Positions 16,201-32,534 of a stretch of 64,000 nt of DNA are shown piece after piece. The DNA lies in NCBI RefSeq assembly GCF_035084215.1, contig NW_027138903.1, positions 558,001 to 622,000 of the forward strand, read 5' to 3'. The translations under genes and the position numbers were made by a program. Under the pieces are notes generated by a model. It was not told the DNA's origin, did not search any database, and was given only the letters and a program-made list of their open reading frames with translations. Position 1 is the stretch's first letter, and every line of letters begins with the position of its first letter. This DNA is from Heptranchias perlo. Lineage: Eukaryota.

Positions 16201-19200
16201 TCACACCACCCGATCTCACTAATAATCTCCAACTCACACCTCCCGATCTCACTAACAATCTCCAACTCACACCTCCCGATCAAAGTAACAATCCCCAACT
16301 CACACCACCCAATCTCACAAACAATTCCCAACTCACACCACCCAATCTCACAAACAATTCCCAACTCACACCTCCCGATCTCACTAACAATCTCCAACTC
16401 ACACCACCCAATCTCACAAACAATTCCCAACTCACACCACCCAATCTCACATACAATCCCCAACTCACACCACCCGATCTCACCAACAATCTCCAACTCA
16501 CACCACCCGATCTCACAAACAATCCACAACTCACACCTCCCGATCTCACTGACAATCTCCAACTCACACCACCCGAACTCACTAACAATCTCCAACTCAC
16601 ACCACCCGATCTCACTAACAATCTCCAACTCACACCACCCGATCTCACTAACAATCTCCAACTCACACCACCCGATCTCAGTCACAATCTCCAACTCACA
16701 CCACCCGATCTCACTAACAATCTCCAACTCACACCACCCAATCTCACTAACAATCTCCAACTCACACCACCCGATCAAACTAACAATCCCCAACTCACAC
16801 CTCCCGATCTCACTAACAATCCACAACACACACCACCCGATCTCACTAACAATCCCCAACTCACACCACCCGATCTCACTAACAATCTCCATCTCACACC
16901 ATCCGATCTCACTAACAATCCCCAACTCACACCACACGATCTCACTAACAATCTCCAACTCACACCTCCCGATCGCACAAACAATCCCCAACTCACACCA
17001 TCCGATCTCACTAACAATCCCCAACTCACACCTCCCGATCTCACAAACAATCTCCAACTCACACCTCCCGATCGCACAAACAATCCCCAACTCACACCTC
17101 CCAATCTCACTAACAATCTCCAACTCACACCTCCCGATCTCACTAACAATCTCCAACACACACCACCCGAACTCACTAACAATCTCCAACTCACACCACC
17201 CGATCTCAGTAACAATCTCCAACACACACCACCCGATCTCGCTAACAATCCCCAACTCACACCACCCGATCTCACTAACAATCCCCAACTCACACCACCC
17301 GATCTCACTAACAATCCCCAACTCACACCACCCGACCTCACTAACAATCTCCAACTCACACCACCCCATCTCACTAACAATCCCCAACTCACACCACCCG
17401 ACCTCACTAACAATCTCCAACTCACACCACCCGATCTCACGAACAATCTCCAACACACACCACCCGATCTCACTAACAATCTCCAACACACACCACCCGA
17501 TCTCACTAACAATCTCCAACTCACACCACCCGATCTCAGTAACTATCTCCAACTCACACCACCCGATCTCACTAACAATCCCAAACTCACACCACCCGAT
17601 CTCACAAACAATCTCCAACTCACACCACCCGATCTCACTAACAATCTCCAACTCACACCACCCGATCTCGCGAACTATCCCCAACTCACACCACCCGATC
17701 TCACAAACAATCTCCAACACACACCACACGATCTCACAAACAATCTCCAACTCACACCACCCGATCTCACAAACAATCTCCAACTCACACCACCCGATCT
17801 CACGAACAATCCCCAACTCACACCACCCGATCTCACTTACAATCTCCAACTCACACCACACGATCTCACTAACAATCCCCAACTCACACCTCCCGATCTC
17901 ACTCACAATCCCCAACTCACACCACCCGATCTCACTCACAATCCCCAACTCACACCACCCGATCTCACTAACAATCTCCAACACACACCACCCGATCTCA
18001 CTGACAATCTCCAACTCACACCACCCGATCTCACTAATAATCTCCAACTCACACCTCCCGATCAAAGTAACAATCCCCAACTCACACCACCCAATCTCAC
18101 AAACAATTCCCAACTCACACCACCCAATCTCACAAACAATTCCCAACTCACACCTCCCGATCTCACGAACAATCTCCAACTCACACCACCCAATCTCACA
18201 AACAATTCCCAACTCACACCACCCAATCTCACATACAATCCCCAACTCACACCACCCGATCTCACCAACAATCTCCAACTCACACCACCCGATCTCACAA
18301 ACAATCCACAACTCACAACTACCGATCTCACTGACAATCTCGAACTCACACCACCCGATCTCACAAACAATCCACAACTCACACCTCCCGATCTCACTGA
18401 CAATCTCCAACTCACACCACCCGAACTCACTAACAATCCACAACTCACACCAACCGATCTCACTAACAATCTCCAACTCACACCACCCGATCTCACTAAC
18501 AATCTCCAACTCACACCACCCGATCTCACCAACAATCTCCAACTCACACCACCCGATCTCACTAACAATCTCCAACTCACACCAGCCGATCTCACTAACA
18601 ATCTCCAACTCACACCACCCGATCTCACTAACAATCTCCAACACACACCACCCGATCTAACTAACAATCCCCAACTCACACCTCCCGATCTCACTAACAA
18701 TCCCCAACACACACCACCCGATCTCACTAACAATCCCCAACTCACACCACCCGATCTCACTAACAATCTCCATCTCACACCATCCGATCTCACTAACAAT
18801 CCCCAACTCACACCACACGATCTCACTAACAATCTCCAACTCACACCTCCCGATCGCACAAACAATCCCCAACTCACACCATCCGATCTCACTAACAATC
18901 CCCAACTCACACCTCCCGATCTCACAAACAATCTCCAACTCACACCTCCCGATCGCACAAACAATCCCCAACTCACACCTCCCGATCTCACGAACAATCT
19001 CCAACTCACACCTCCCGATCTCACGAACAATCTCCAACACACACCACACGAACTCACTAACAATCTCCAACTCACACCACCCGATCTCAGTAACAATCTC
19101 CAACACACACCACCCGATCTCGCTAACAATCCCCAACTCACACCACCCGATCTCACTAACAATCCCCAACTCACACCACCCGATCTCACTAACAATCCCC

Positions 19201-22200
19201 AACTCACACCACCAGACCTCACGAACAATCTCCAACTCACACCACCCGATCTCACTAACAATCCCCAACTCACACCACCCGACCTCACTAACAATCTCCA
19301 ACTCCCACCACACGATCTCACTAACAATCTCCAACACACACCACCCGATCTCACTAACAATCTCCAACTGACACCACCCGATCTCACTAACAATCCCCAA
19401 CTCACACCACCCGACCTCACTAACAATCTCCAACTCCCACCACACGATCTCACTAACAATCTCCAACACACACCACCCGATCTCACTAACAATCTCCAAC
19501 TGACACCACCCGATCTCACTAACAATCCCCAACTCACACCACCCGATCTCACTAACAATCCCCAACTCACACCACCCGATCTCACTAACAATCTCCAACT
19601 CACACCGTCCGATATCACGAACAATCCCCAACTCACACCACCCGATCTCACTAACAATCTCCAACTCACACCTCCCGATCGCACAAACAATCCCCAACTC
19701 ACACCTCCCGATCTCACAAACAATCTCCATCTCACACCTCCCGATCTCACGAACAATCTCCAACTCACACCTCCCGATCTCACTAACAATCCCCAACTCA
19801 CACCACCCGATCTCACTAACAATCCCCAACTCACACCTCCCGATCTCACTAACAATCTCCAACTCACACCACCCGATCTCACGAACAATCTCAACTCACA
19901 CCACCCGATCTCACTAACAATCCCCAACTCACACCACCCAATCTCACTAACAATCGCCAACTCACACCTCCCGATCTCACTCACAATCCCCAACTCACAC
20001 AACCCGATCTCACGAACAATCCCCAACTCACACCACCCGATCTCACGAACAATCCCAAACTCACACCCTCCGATCTCACTAACAATCTCCAACTCACACC
20101 ACCCGATCTCACGAACAATCTCCAACACACACCACCCGATCTCACGAACAATCTCCAACTCACAACACCCGATCTCACTAACAATCTCCAACTCACACCA
20201 CCCGATCTCAGTAACTATCCCCAACTCACACCAGCCGATCTCACTAACAATCTCCAACTCACACCACCCGATCTCACGAACAATCTCCAACTCACACCAC
20301 CCGATCTCACTAACAATCCCCAACTCACACCACCCGATCTCACGAACAATCCCCAACTCACACCACCCGATCTCACTAACAATCCCCAACTCACACCACC
20401 CGATCTCAGAAACAATCTCCAACTCACACCACCCGATCTCACTAACAATCCCCAACTCACACCACCCGATCTCAGAAACAATCTCCAACTCACACCACCC
20501 GATCTCACTAACAATCCCCAACTCACACCACCCGATCTCACGAACAATCCCCAACTCACACCACCCGATCTCACTAACAATCCCCAACTCACACCACCCG
20601 ATCTCACTAACAATCTCCAACTCACACCACCCGATCTCACTAACAATCCCCAACTCACACCACCCGATCTCAGAAACAATCTCCAACTCACACGACCCGA
20701 TCTCACTAACAATCCCCAACTCACACCACCCGATCTCACTTACAATCTCCAACTCACACCACACGATCTCACTAACATTGCCCAACTCACACCTCCCGAT
20801 CTCACAAACAATCCCCAACTCACACCACCCGATCTCACAAACTATTCCCAACTCACACCACCCAATCTCACAAACAATTCCCAACTCACACCACCCGATC
20901 TCACTAACAATCTCCAACTCACACCACCCAATCTCACAAACAATTCCCAACTCACACCACCCAATCTCACAAACAATTCCCAACTTACACCACCCGATCT
21001 CACCAACAATCTCCAACTCACACCACCCGATCTCACAAACAATCCACAACTCACACCTCCCGATCTCACTGACAATCTCCAACTCACACCACCCGATCTC
21101 ACAAACAATCCACAACTCACACCTCCCGATCTCACTGACAATCTCCAACTCACACCACCCGAACTCACTAACAATCTCCAACTCACACCACCCGATCTCA
21201 CTAACAATCTCCAACTCACACCACCCGATCTCACTAACAATCTCGAACTCACACCACCCGATCTCACTAACAATCTCCAACTCACACCACCCGATCTCAC
21301 TAACAATCTCCAACTCACACCACCCGATCTCACTAACAATCTCCAACTCACACCACCCGATCTCAGTAACAATCTCCAACTCACACCACCCGATCTCACA
21401 AACAATCTCCAACTCACACCACCCGAACTCACCAACAATCTCCAACTCACACCACCCGATCTCACTAACAATCTCCAACTGACACCACCCGATCTCACTA
21501 ACAATCTCCAACTCACACCACCCGATCTCACTAACAATCTCCAACTCACACCACCCGATCTCACTAACAATCTCCAACACACACCACCCGATCTAACTAA
21601 CAATCCCCAACTCACACCTCCCGATCTCACTAACAATCCCCAACACACACCACCCGATCTCACGAACAATCCCCAACTCACACCACCCGATCTCACTAAC
21701 AATCTCCATCTCACACCATCCGATCGCACAAACAATATCCAACTCACACCTCCCGATCTCACAAACAATCTCCAACTCACACCTCCCGATCGCACAAACA
21801 ATCCCCAACTCACACCTCCCGATCTCACTAACAATCTCCAACTCACACCTCCCGATCTCACTAACAATCTCCAACACACACCACCCGAACTCACTAACAA
21901 TCTCCAACTCACACCACCCGATCTCAGTAACAATCTCCAACACACACCACCCGATCTCACTAACAATCTCCAACACACACCACCCGATCTCGCTAACAAT
22001 CCCCAACTCACACCACCCGATCTCACTAACAATCCCCAACTCACACCACCCGATCTCACTAACAATCCCCAACTCACACCACCCGACCTCACTAACAATC
22101 TCCAACTCACACCACCCGACCTCACTAACAATCTCCAGCTCACACCACCCGATCTCAGTAACAATCTCCAACTCACACCATCCGATCTCACTCACAATCT

Positions 22201-25200
22201 CCAACTCACACCACCCGATCGCACCAACAATCCCCAACTCACACCACACGATCTCAGTAACAATCTCCAACTCACACCTCCCGATCTCACTCACAATCTC
22301 CAACTCACACCACCCGATCTCACTAACAATCTCCAACTCACACCACCCGATCTCACTAACAATCTCCAACTCACACCACCCGATCTCAGTAACAATCTCC
22401 AACTCACACCACCCGATCTCAGTAACAATCTCCAACTGACACCTCCCGATCTCAGTAACAATCCCCAACTCACACCACACGATCTCACTAACAATCCCCA
22501 ACTCACACCACCCGATCTCAGTAACAATCTCCAACTCACACCTCCCGATCTCAGTAACAATCCCCAACTCACACCACCCGATCTCAGTAACAATCTCCAA
22601 CTCACACCTCCCGATCTCACTAACAATCTCCAACTCACACCTCCCGATCTCAGTAACAATCTCCAACTCACACCACCCGATCTCAGTAACAATCTCCAAC
22701 TCACACCACCCAATCTCACAAACAATTCCCAACTCACACCACACGATCTCACAAACAATCTCCAACTCACACCACCCGATCTCACCAACAATCTCCAACT
22801 CACACCACCCAATCTCACAAACAATTCCCAACTCACACCACACGATCTCACTAACAATCTCCAACTCACACCACCCGATCTCACCAACAATCAACAACTC
22901 ACACCACCCAATCGCACTAACAATCCCCAACTCACACCACCCGATCTCAGGAACAATCTCCAAATCACACCACCCGATCTCAGTAACAATCTCCAACTCA
23001 CACCACCCGATCGCAGTAACAATCTCCAACTCACACCACCCGATCTCACTAACTATCCCCAACTCACACCACATGATCTCACTAACTTTCCCCAACTCAC
23101 ACCACCCGATCTCACTAACAATCTCCAACTCACACCACCCGATCTCACCAACAATCAACAACTCACACCACGCGATCTCACAAACAATCCACAACTCACA
23201 CCTCCCGATCTCACGAACAATCCCCAACTCACACCACCCGATCTCACTAACAATCCCCAACTCACACCACCCGATCTCACCAACAATCAACAACTCACAC
23301 CACGCGATCTCACTAACAATCCCCAACTCACACCACCCGATCTCACTAACAATCTCCAACTCACACCACCCGATCTCAGTAACAATCTCCAACTCACACC
23401 ACCCGATCTCACTAACAATCTCCAACTCACACCACCGGATCTCACTAACAATCTCCAACTGACACCTCCCGATCTCAGTAACAATCCCCAACTCACACCA
23501 CCCGATCTCAGTAACAATCTCCAACTCACACCACCCGATCTCAGTAACAATCTCCAACTGACACCTCCCGATCTCACTAACAATCTCCAACTCACACCAC
23601 CCGATCTCAGTAACAATCTCCAACTCACACCACCCGATCTCAGTAACAATCTCCAACTCACACCTCCCGATCTCAGTAACAATCTCCAACTCACACCTCC
23701 CGATCTCAGTAACAATCTCCAACTCACACCACCCAATCTCACAAACAATTCCCAACTCACACCACACGATCTCACAAAGAATCTCCAACTCACACCACCC
23801 GATCTCACTAACAATCTCCAACTCACACCACCCGATCTCACCAACAATCAACAACTCACACCACCCGATCTCACAAACAATCCACAACTCACACCTCCCG
23901 ATCTCACTAACAATCCCCAACTCACACCACCCAATCGCACTAACAATCCCCAACTCACACCACCCGATCTCAGTAACAATCTCCAACTCACACCACCCGA
24001 TCTCAGGAACAATCTCCAAATCACACCACCCGATCTCAGTAACAATCTCCAACTCACACCACCCGATCTCACTAACAATCTCCAACTCACACCACCCGAT
24101 CTCAGTGACAATCTCCAACTCACACCACCCCATCTCACTAACAATCTCCAACTCACACCACCCGATCTCAGGAACAATCCCCAACTCACACCACCCGATC
24201 TCACAAACAATCTCCAACTCACACCACCCGATCTCACTAACTATCCCCAACTCACACCACACGATCTCACTAACTATCCCCAACTCACACCACCCGATCT
24301 CACTTACAATCTCCAACTCACACCACCCGATCTCACCAACAATCAACAACTCACACCACCCGATCTCACAAACAATCCACAACTCACACCACCCGATCTC
24401 ACTAACAATCCGCAACTCACACCACCCGATCTCACTAACAATCTCCAACTCACACCACCCGATCTCACCAACAATCAACAACTCACACCACCCGATCTCA
24501 CAAACAATCCACAACTCACACCTCCCGATCTCACTAACAATCCCCAACTCACACCACCCGATCTCACTAACAATCTCCAACTCACACCACCCGATCTCAC
24601 TAACAATCTCCAACTCACACCTCCCGATCTCACTAACAATCCCCAACTCACACCACCCGATCTCACTAACAATCTCCAACTCACACCACCCGATCTCACT
24701 AACAATCTCCAACTCACACCACCCGATCTCACTAACAATCCACAATTCACACCTCCCGATCTCACTAACTATCCCCAACTCACACCACCCAATCGCACTA
24801 ACAATCCCCAACTCACAGCACCCGATCTCAGTAACAATCTCCAACTCACACCACCCGATCTCACTCACAATCTCCAACTCACACCACCCGATCTCATTAA
24901 CACTCCCCAACTCACACCACCCGATCTCACTAACAATCTCCAACTCACACCACCCGATCTCACTAACAATCCCCAACTCACACCACCCGATCTCACTAAC
25001 AATCTCCAACTCACACCACCCGATCTCACTAACAATCCGCAACTCACACCACCCGATCTCACTAACAATCTCCAACTCACACCACCCGATCTCACTAACA
25101 ATCTCCAACTCACACCACCCGATCTCACGAACAATCTCCAACTCACACCACCCGATCTCACTAACAATCAACAACTCACACCACCCGATCTCACAAACAA

Positions 25201-28200
25201 TCCACAACTCACACCTCCCGATCTCACTAACAATCCCCAACTCACACCACCCAATCGCACTAACAATCCCCAACTCACACCACCCGATCTCAGTAACAAT
25301 CTCCAACTCACACCACCCGATCTCAGTAACAATCTCCAACTCACACCACCCAATCGCACTAACAATCCCCAACTCACACCACCCGATCTCAGGAACAATC
25401 TCCAAATCACACCACCCGATCGCAGTAACAATCTCCAACTCACACCACCCGATCTCACTAACTATCCCCAACTCACACCACACGATCTCACTAACTTTCC
25501 CCAACTCACACCACCCGATCTCACTAACAATCTCCAACTCACACCACCCGATCTCACCAACAATCAACAACTCACACCACGCGATCTCACAAACAATCCA
25601 CAACTCACACCTCCCGATCTCACGAACAATCCCCAACTCACACCACCCGATCTCACTAACAATCCCCAACTCACACCACCCGATCTCACCAACAATCAAC
25701 AACTCACACCACGCGATCTCACAAACAATCCACAACTCACACCTCCCGATCTCACTAACAATCCCCAACTCACACCACCCGATCTCACTAACAATCTCCA
25801 ACTCACACCACCCGATCTCACCAACAATCAACAACTCACACCACCCGATCTCACTAACAATCCCCAACTCACACCACCCGATCTCACTAACAATCCCCAA
25901 CTCACACCTCACGATCTCACTAACAATCCACAACTCACACCTCCCGATCTCACTAACTATCCCCAACTCACACCACCCAATCGCACTAACAATCCCCAAC
26001 TCACACCACCCGATCTCAGTAACAATCTCCAACTCACACCACCCGATCTCACTAACAATCCCCAACTCACACCACCCGATCTCACTAACAATCTCCAACT
26101 CACACCGCCCGATCTCACTAACAATCTCCAACTCACACCACCCGATCTCACTAACAATCTCCAACTCACACCGCCCGATCTCACTAACAATCTCCAACTC
26201 ACACCACCCGAACTCACCAACAATCTCCAACTCACACCACCCGAACTCACCAACAATCTCCAACTCACACCACCCGATCTCACTAACAATCTCCAACTCA
26301 CACCACCCGATCTCACTAACAATCTCCAACTGACACCACCCGATCTCACTAACAATCTCCAACTCACACCACCCGATCTCACTAACAATCTCCAACTCAC
26401 ACCACCCGATCTCACTAACAATCTCCAACACACACCACCCGATCTAACTAACAATCCCCAACTCACACCTCCCGATCTCACTAACAATCCCCAACACACA
26501 CCACCCGATCTCACGAACAATCCCCAACTCACACCACCCGATCTCACTAACAATCTCCATCTCACACCATCCGATCGCACAAACAATATCCAACTCACAC
26601 CTCCCGATCTCACAAACAATCTCCAACTCACACCTCCCGATCGGACAAACAATCCCCAACTCACACCTCCCGATCTCACTAACAATCTCCAACTCACACC
26701 TCCCGATCTCACTAACAATCTCCAACACACACCACCCGAACTCACTAACAATCTCCAACTCACACCACCCGATCTCAGTAACAATCTCCAACACACACCA
26801 CCCGATCTCGCTAACAATCCCCAACTCACACCACCCGATCTCACTAACAATCCCCAACTCACACCACCCGATCTCACTAACAATCCCCAACTCACACCAC
26901 CCGACCTCACTAACAATCTCCAACTCACACCACCCGACCTCACTAACAATCTCCAGCTCACACCACCCGATCTCAGTAACAATCTCCAACTCACACCACC
27001 CGATCGCACCAACAATCCCCAACTCACACCACACGATCTCAGTAACAATCTCCAACTCACACCTCCCGATCTCACTCACAATCTCCAACTCACACCACCC
27101 GATCTCACTAACAATCCCCAACTCACACCACCCGATCTCACTCACAATCTCCAACTCACACCACCCGATCTCAGTAACAATCTCCAACTCACACCACCCG
27201 ATCTCAGTAACAATCTCCAACTGACACCTCCCGATCTCAGTAACAATCCCCAACTCACACCACACGATCTCACTAACAATCCCCAACTCACACCACCCGA
27301 TCTCAGTAACAATCTCCAACTCACACCTCCCGATCTCAGTAACAATCTCCAACTCACACCTCCCGATCTCAGTAACAATCTCCAACTCACACCACCCGAT
27401 CTCAGTAACAATCTCCAACTCACACCACCCAATCTCACAAACAATTCCCAACTCACACCACCCGATCTCACAAGCAATCCACAACTCACACCTCCCGATC
27501 TCACTCACAATCTCCAACTCACACCACCCGATCTCACTAACAATTCCCAACTCACACCACCCGATCTCACTAACAATCTCCAACTCACACCACCCGATCT
27601 CAGTAACAATCTCCAACTCACACCACCCGATCTCAGTAACAATCTCCAACTGACACCTCCCGATCTCAGTAACAATCCCCAACTCACACCACACGATCTC
27701 ACTAACAATCCCCAACTCACACCACCCGATCTCAGTAACAATCTCCAACTCACACCTCCCGATCTCAGTAACAATCTCCAACTCACACCTCCCGATCTCA
27801 GTAACAATCTCCAACTCACACCACCCGATCTCAGTAACAATCTCCAACTCACACCACCCAATCTCACAAACAATTCCCAACTCACACCACACGATCTCAC
27901 AAAGAATCTCCAACTCACACCACCCGATCTCACTAACAATCTCCAACTCACACCACCCGATCTCACCAACAATCAACAACTCACACCACCCGATCTCACA
28001 AACAATCCACAACTCACACCTCCCGATCTCACTAACAATCCCCAACTCACACCACCCGATCTCACTAACAATCCCCAACTCACACCACCCGATCTCAGTA
28101 ACAATCTCCAACTCACACCACCCGATCTCAGGAACAATCTCCAAATCACACCACCCGATCTCAGTAACAATCTCCAACTCACACCACCCGATCTCACTAA

Positions 28201-31200
28201 CTATCCCCAACTCACACCACACGATCTCACTAACTATCCCCAACTCACACCACCCGATCTCACTTACAATCTCCAACTCACACCACCCGATCTCACCAAC
28301 AATCAACAACTCACACCACCCGATCTCACAAACAATCCACAACTCACACCTCCCGATCTCACTAACAATCACCAACTCACAGCACCCGATCTCACTAACA
28401 ATCTCCAACTCACACCACCCGATCTCACTAACAATCTCCAACTCACACCTCCCGATCTCACTAACAATCCCCAACTCACACCACCCGATCTCACTAACAA
28501 TCTCCAACTCACACCACCCGATCTCACTAACAATCTCCAACTCACACCACCCGATCTCACTAACAATCTCCAACTCACACCACCCGATCTCACTAACAAT
28601 CCACAACTCACACCTCCCGATCTCACTAACTATCCCCAACTCACACCACCCAATCGCACTAACAATCCCCAACTCACAGCACCCGATCTCAGTAACAATC
28701 TCCAACTCACACCACCCGATCTCACTCACAATCTCCAACTCACACCACCCGATCTCATTAACACTCCCCAACTCACACCACCCGATCTCACTAACAATCT
28801 CCAACTCACACCACCCGATCTCACTAACAATCCCCAACTCACACCACCCGATCTCACTAACAATCTCCAACTCACACCACCCGATCTCACTAACAATCCG
28901 CAACTCACACCACCCGATCTCACTAACAATCTCCAACTCACACCACCCGATCTCACTAACAATCAACAACTCACACCACCCGATCTCACAAACAATCCAC
29001 AACTCACACCTCCCGATCTCACTAACAATCCCCAACTCACACCACCCAATCGCACTAACAATCCCCAACTCACACCACCCGATCTCAGTAACAATCTCCA
29101 ACTCACACCACCCGATCTCAGGAACAATCTCCAAATCACACCACCCGATCTCAGTAACAATCTCCAACTCACACCACCCGATCGCAGTAACAATCTCCAA
29201 CTCACACCACCCGATCTCACTAACAATCTCCAACACACACCACCCGATCTCACTAACAATCCCCAACTCACACCACACGATCTCACTAACTTTCCCCAAC
29301 TCACACCACCCGATCTCACTAACAATCTCCAACTCACACCACCCGATCTCACCAACAATCAACAACTCACACCACGCGATCTCACAAACAATCCACAACT
29401 CACACCTCCCGATCTCACTAACAATCTCCAACTCACACCACCCGATCTCACCAACAATCAACAACTCACACCACGCGATCTCACAAACAATCCACAACTC
29501 ACACCTCCCGATCTCACTAACAATCTCCAACTCACACCACCCGATCTCACCAACAATCAACAACTCACACCACCCGATCTCACAAACAATCCACAACTCA
29601 CACCTTCCGATCTCACTAACAATCCCCAACTCACACCACCCGATCTCACTAACAATCTCCAACTCACACCACCCGATCTCACTAACAATCTCCAACTCAC
29701 ACCACCCGATCTCACTAACAATCTCCAACTCACACCACCCGATCTCACTAACAATCCCCAACTCACACCTCACGATCTCACTAACAATCCACAACTCACA
29801 CCTCCCGATCTCACTAACTATCCCCAACTCACACCACCCAATCGCACTAACAATCCCCAACTCACACCACCCGATCTCAGTAACAATCTCCAACTCACAC
29901 CACCCGATCTCACTAACAATCCCCAACTCACACCACCCGATCTCACTCACAATCTCCAACTCACACCACCCGATCTCACTCACAATCTCCAACTCACACC
30001 ACCCGATCTCACCAACAATCTCCAACTCACACCACCCGATCTCACTAACAATCTCCAACTCACACCTCCCGATCTCACTAACAATCTCCAACACACACCA
30101 CCCGATCTCACTAACAATCTCCAACTCACCACCCGATCTCACTAACAATCTCCAACACACACCACCCGATCTCACTAACAATCTCCAACTCACCACCCGA
30201 TCTCACTAACAATCTCCAACTCACACCACCCGATCTCACTAACAATCTCCAACTCACACCACCCGATCTCACTAACAATCTCCAACTCACACCACCCGAT
30301 CTCACTAACAATCTCCAACTCACACCACCCGATCTCACTAACAATCCCCAACTCACACCACCCGATCTCACTAACAATCTCCAACTCACACCACCCGATC
30401 TCACCAACAATCTCCAACTCACACCACCCGATCTCACTAACAATCTCCAACTCACACCACCCGATCTCACCAACAATCTCCAACTCACACCACCCGATCT
30501 CACTAACAATCCCCAACTCACACCACCCGATCTCACTAACAATCTCCAACTCACACCACCCGATCTCACTAACAATCTCCAACTCACACCACCCGATCTC
30601 ACTAACAATCTCCAACTCACACCACCCGATCTCACCAACAATCTCCAACTCACACCACCCGATCTCACTAACAATCTCCAACTCACACCACCCGATCTCA
30701 CCAACAATCTCCAACTCACACCACCCGATCTCACTAACAATCCCCAACTCACACCTCCCGATCTCGCTAACAATCCCCAACTCACACCACCCGATCTCAC
30801 AAACAATCCCCAACACACACCACACGATCTCACTAACAATCTCCAACTCACACCACCCGATCTCACTAACAATCTCCAACTCACACCACCCGATCTCACT
30901 AACAATCTCCAACTCACACCACCCAATCTCACTAACAATCTCCAAATCACACCACCCGATCTCACTAACAATCCCCAACACACACCACCCAATCTCACTA
31001 ACAATCCCCAACTCACACCACCCGATCTCACTAACAATCCGCAACTCACACCACCCAATCTCACTAACAATCCCCAACTCACACCACCCGATCTCACTAA
31101 CAATCCCCAACTCACACCACCCGATCTCACTAACAATCTCCAACTCACACCACCCGATCTCAGTAACAATCTCCAACTCACACCACCCGATCTCACTAAC

Positions 31201-32534
31201 AATCTCCAACTCACACCACCCGATCTCAGTAACAATCTCCAACTCACACCACCCGATCTCACTAACAATCCCCAACACACACCACCCGATCTCACCAACA
31301 ATCTCCAACTCACACCACCCGATCTCACTAACAATCTCCAACTCACACCTCCCGATCTCACTAACAATCTCCAACACACACCACCCGATCTCACGAACAA
31401 TCTCCAACTCACACCACCCGATCTCACTAACAATCCCCAACACACACCACCCGATCTCACCAACAATCTCCAACTCACACCACCCGATCTCACTAACAAT
31501 CTCCAACTCACACCACCCGATCTCACTAACAATCTCCAACTCACACCTCCCGATCTCACTAACAATCTCCAACACACACCACCCGATCTCACGAACAATC
31601 CCCAACTCACACCACCCGATCTCACAAACAATCCCCAACACACACCACCCGATCTCACTAACAATCTCCAACTCACACCACCCGATCTCACTAACAATCT
31701 CCAACTCACACCACCCGATCTCACTAACAATCTCCAACTCACACCACCCGATCTCACTAACAATCTCCAACTCACACCACCCGATCTCACTAACAATCCC
31801 CAACTCACACCACCCGATCTCACTAACAATCTCCAACTCACACCACCCGATCTCACTAACAATCTCCAACTCACACCACCCGATCTCACTAACAATCTCC
31901 AACTCACACCACCCGATCTCACTAACAATCTCCAACTCACACCACCCGATCTCACTCACAATCCCCAACACACACCACCCGATCTCACTAACAATCTCCA
32001 ACTCACACCACCCGATCTCACTAACAATCTCCAACTCACACCACCCGATCTCACTAACAATCTCCAACTCACACCACCCGATCTCACTAACAATCTCCAA
32101 CTCACACCACCCGATCTCACTAACAATCTCCAACTCACACCACCCGATCTCACTAACAATCTCCAACTCACACCACCCGATCTCACTAACAATCTCCAAC
32201 TCACACCACCCGATGTCACTAACAATCTCCAACTCACACCACCCGATCTCACTAACAATCTCCAACTCACACCACCCGATCTCACTAACTATTCCCAACT
32301 CACACCACCCGATCTCACTCACAATCTCCAACTCACACCACCCGATCTCACTAACAATCTCCAACTCACACCACCCGATCTCACTAACAATCTCCAACTC
32401 ACACCACCCGATCTCACTAACAATCTCCAACTCACACCACCCGATGTCACTAACAATCTCCAACTCACACCTTCCGATCTCACTAACAATCTCCAACTCA
32501 CACCTCCCGATCTCACTAACAGTCTCCAACTCAC

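Larger units (their letters stand above)
1..32534. repeat. 33-bp minisatellite/satellite array, roughly 890 units, open at the left window edge
   Basis: Consensus CCCGATCTCACTAACAATCTCCAACTCACACCA repeated head-to-tail, interrupted only by three CR1 copies. The + strand is very G-poor. The unit length is divisible by 3, which explains the 11-aa-periodic ORFs. Confidence 0.98.
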
